A stretch of 59,282 nucleotides of DNA from the IMG/VR virus record IMGVR_UViG_3300009426_001070, positions 1-59,282 of that record; one strand, given 5' to 3'. Positions within the stretch are counted from its first letter, which is position 1. Each line of letters begins with the position of its first letter. The stretch comes from a virus (lineage: Duplodnaviria > Caudoviricetes). The notes under the pieces were generated by a model. That model was given only the letters and a program-made list of their open reading frames with translations. It ran no database searches and was not told the DNA's origin. Below are positions 58,708-59,282 of the stretch, in pieces. A program made the translations under genes and the position numbers.

Positions 58708-58932
58708 ATGGAACTAACAGAAGAAAAAAAATTCGATCTATTAAAAGAATCTAGTGGACACTTCCTTACTGAGATTATCCCAGATACTTGGTGGGATATG
58801 TCTGAAGAAGAGCAAAACTGCTTCTTAAATGAACACGCTTGCGAACATTACGAAGCGGTTTGCTACGATGAGGTATGGGATTATATTGAAACCCTTTATG
58901 ATTCTATGGTAGTATTTATTGGAAAACTTTAA
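58708..58932 (+). CDS. Acidic hypothetical protein
   Basis: TTGACT at 58672, CATAAT at 58695. Confidence 0.65.
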   Translation: MELTEEKKFDLLKESSGHFLTEIIPDTWWDMSEEEQNCFLNEHACEHYEAVCYDEVWDYIETLYDSMVVFIGKL

Positions 58933-59282
58933 AAATAGGCTGAGCTTGATAATAAACTAAATAATAAAAGATGCCTTCTATTAAATATCGCAAAATATAT
59001 TAGTAATAAAAGGAAGAATTTAGATTTAAAACCTATCGTAAGCAAACCAGAATGAGCTACAAATAATTTGTAAAACAAACGAGGGAGGTAACTAGACTTT
59101 TAAGGTCTAAAACCTTACAGAGCTTTACAGACAGATATAAGCCTTAACCCTAATGAAATAAGGGTATAAGAGATAATAATGTATAGGAATAAATAAGAGG
59201 AATATATAGGTAGGTAATGATAAGTAAGATAGGGGGGTATTAATAGAATATTATTATATTTATGAGTTATTATTATGGTTTG

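Noticed and set aside
1-59282. Stop-codon reassignment
   Set aside because: Conserved genes are full length in the standard code and end in TAA, TAG or TGA
1-59282. tRNA or rRNA genes
   Set aside because: No cloverleaf or T-loop signature seen in intergenic gaps by eye; tRNAscan-SE would confirm

Overview
AT-rich, densely coding segment of a large tailed dsDNA phage (standard genetic code; no tRNA, rRNA, CRISPR array, integrase or reverse transcriptase seen; host not determinable). Layout: (1) 1-9654, end of a virion/tail module including an 8.6 kb gene with a beta-propeller and four PKD-like + BspA-type leucine-rich-repeat (LRR) modules that are GC-rich and visibly mosaic; (2) 9932-20406, a minus-strand block (SSAP-like protein, glycosyltransferases, SSB-like protein, dUTPase, sigma-like factor, YopX, DUF5664); (3) about 20440-21360, a divergent promoter, an HTH gene and three 22-bp-spaced iterons, a likely replication origin; (4) 21363-52000, plus-strand replication and metabolism genes (UvrD-like helicase, nucleotide-sugar cluster, class Ia RNR, Gmd, RecA, DnaB, primase, PD-(D/E)XK nuclease, ADP-heptose genes, DnaQ, split DnaE); (5) 52000-59282, small early-type genes with two C5 DNA methyltransferases. 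Main leads: the shuffled LRR adhesin, a phage heptose/rare-sugar glycosylation system with a split GT9, an iteron copy embedded in the initiator's promoter, and two classes of apparently leaderless promoters. All family calls come from motif recognition by eye, not database searches.
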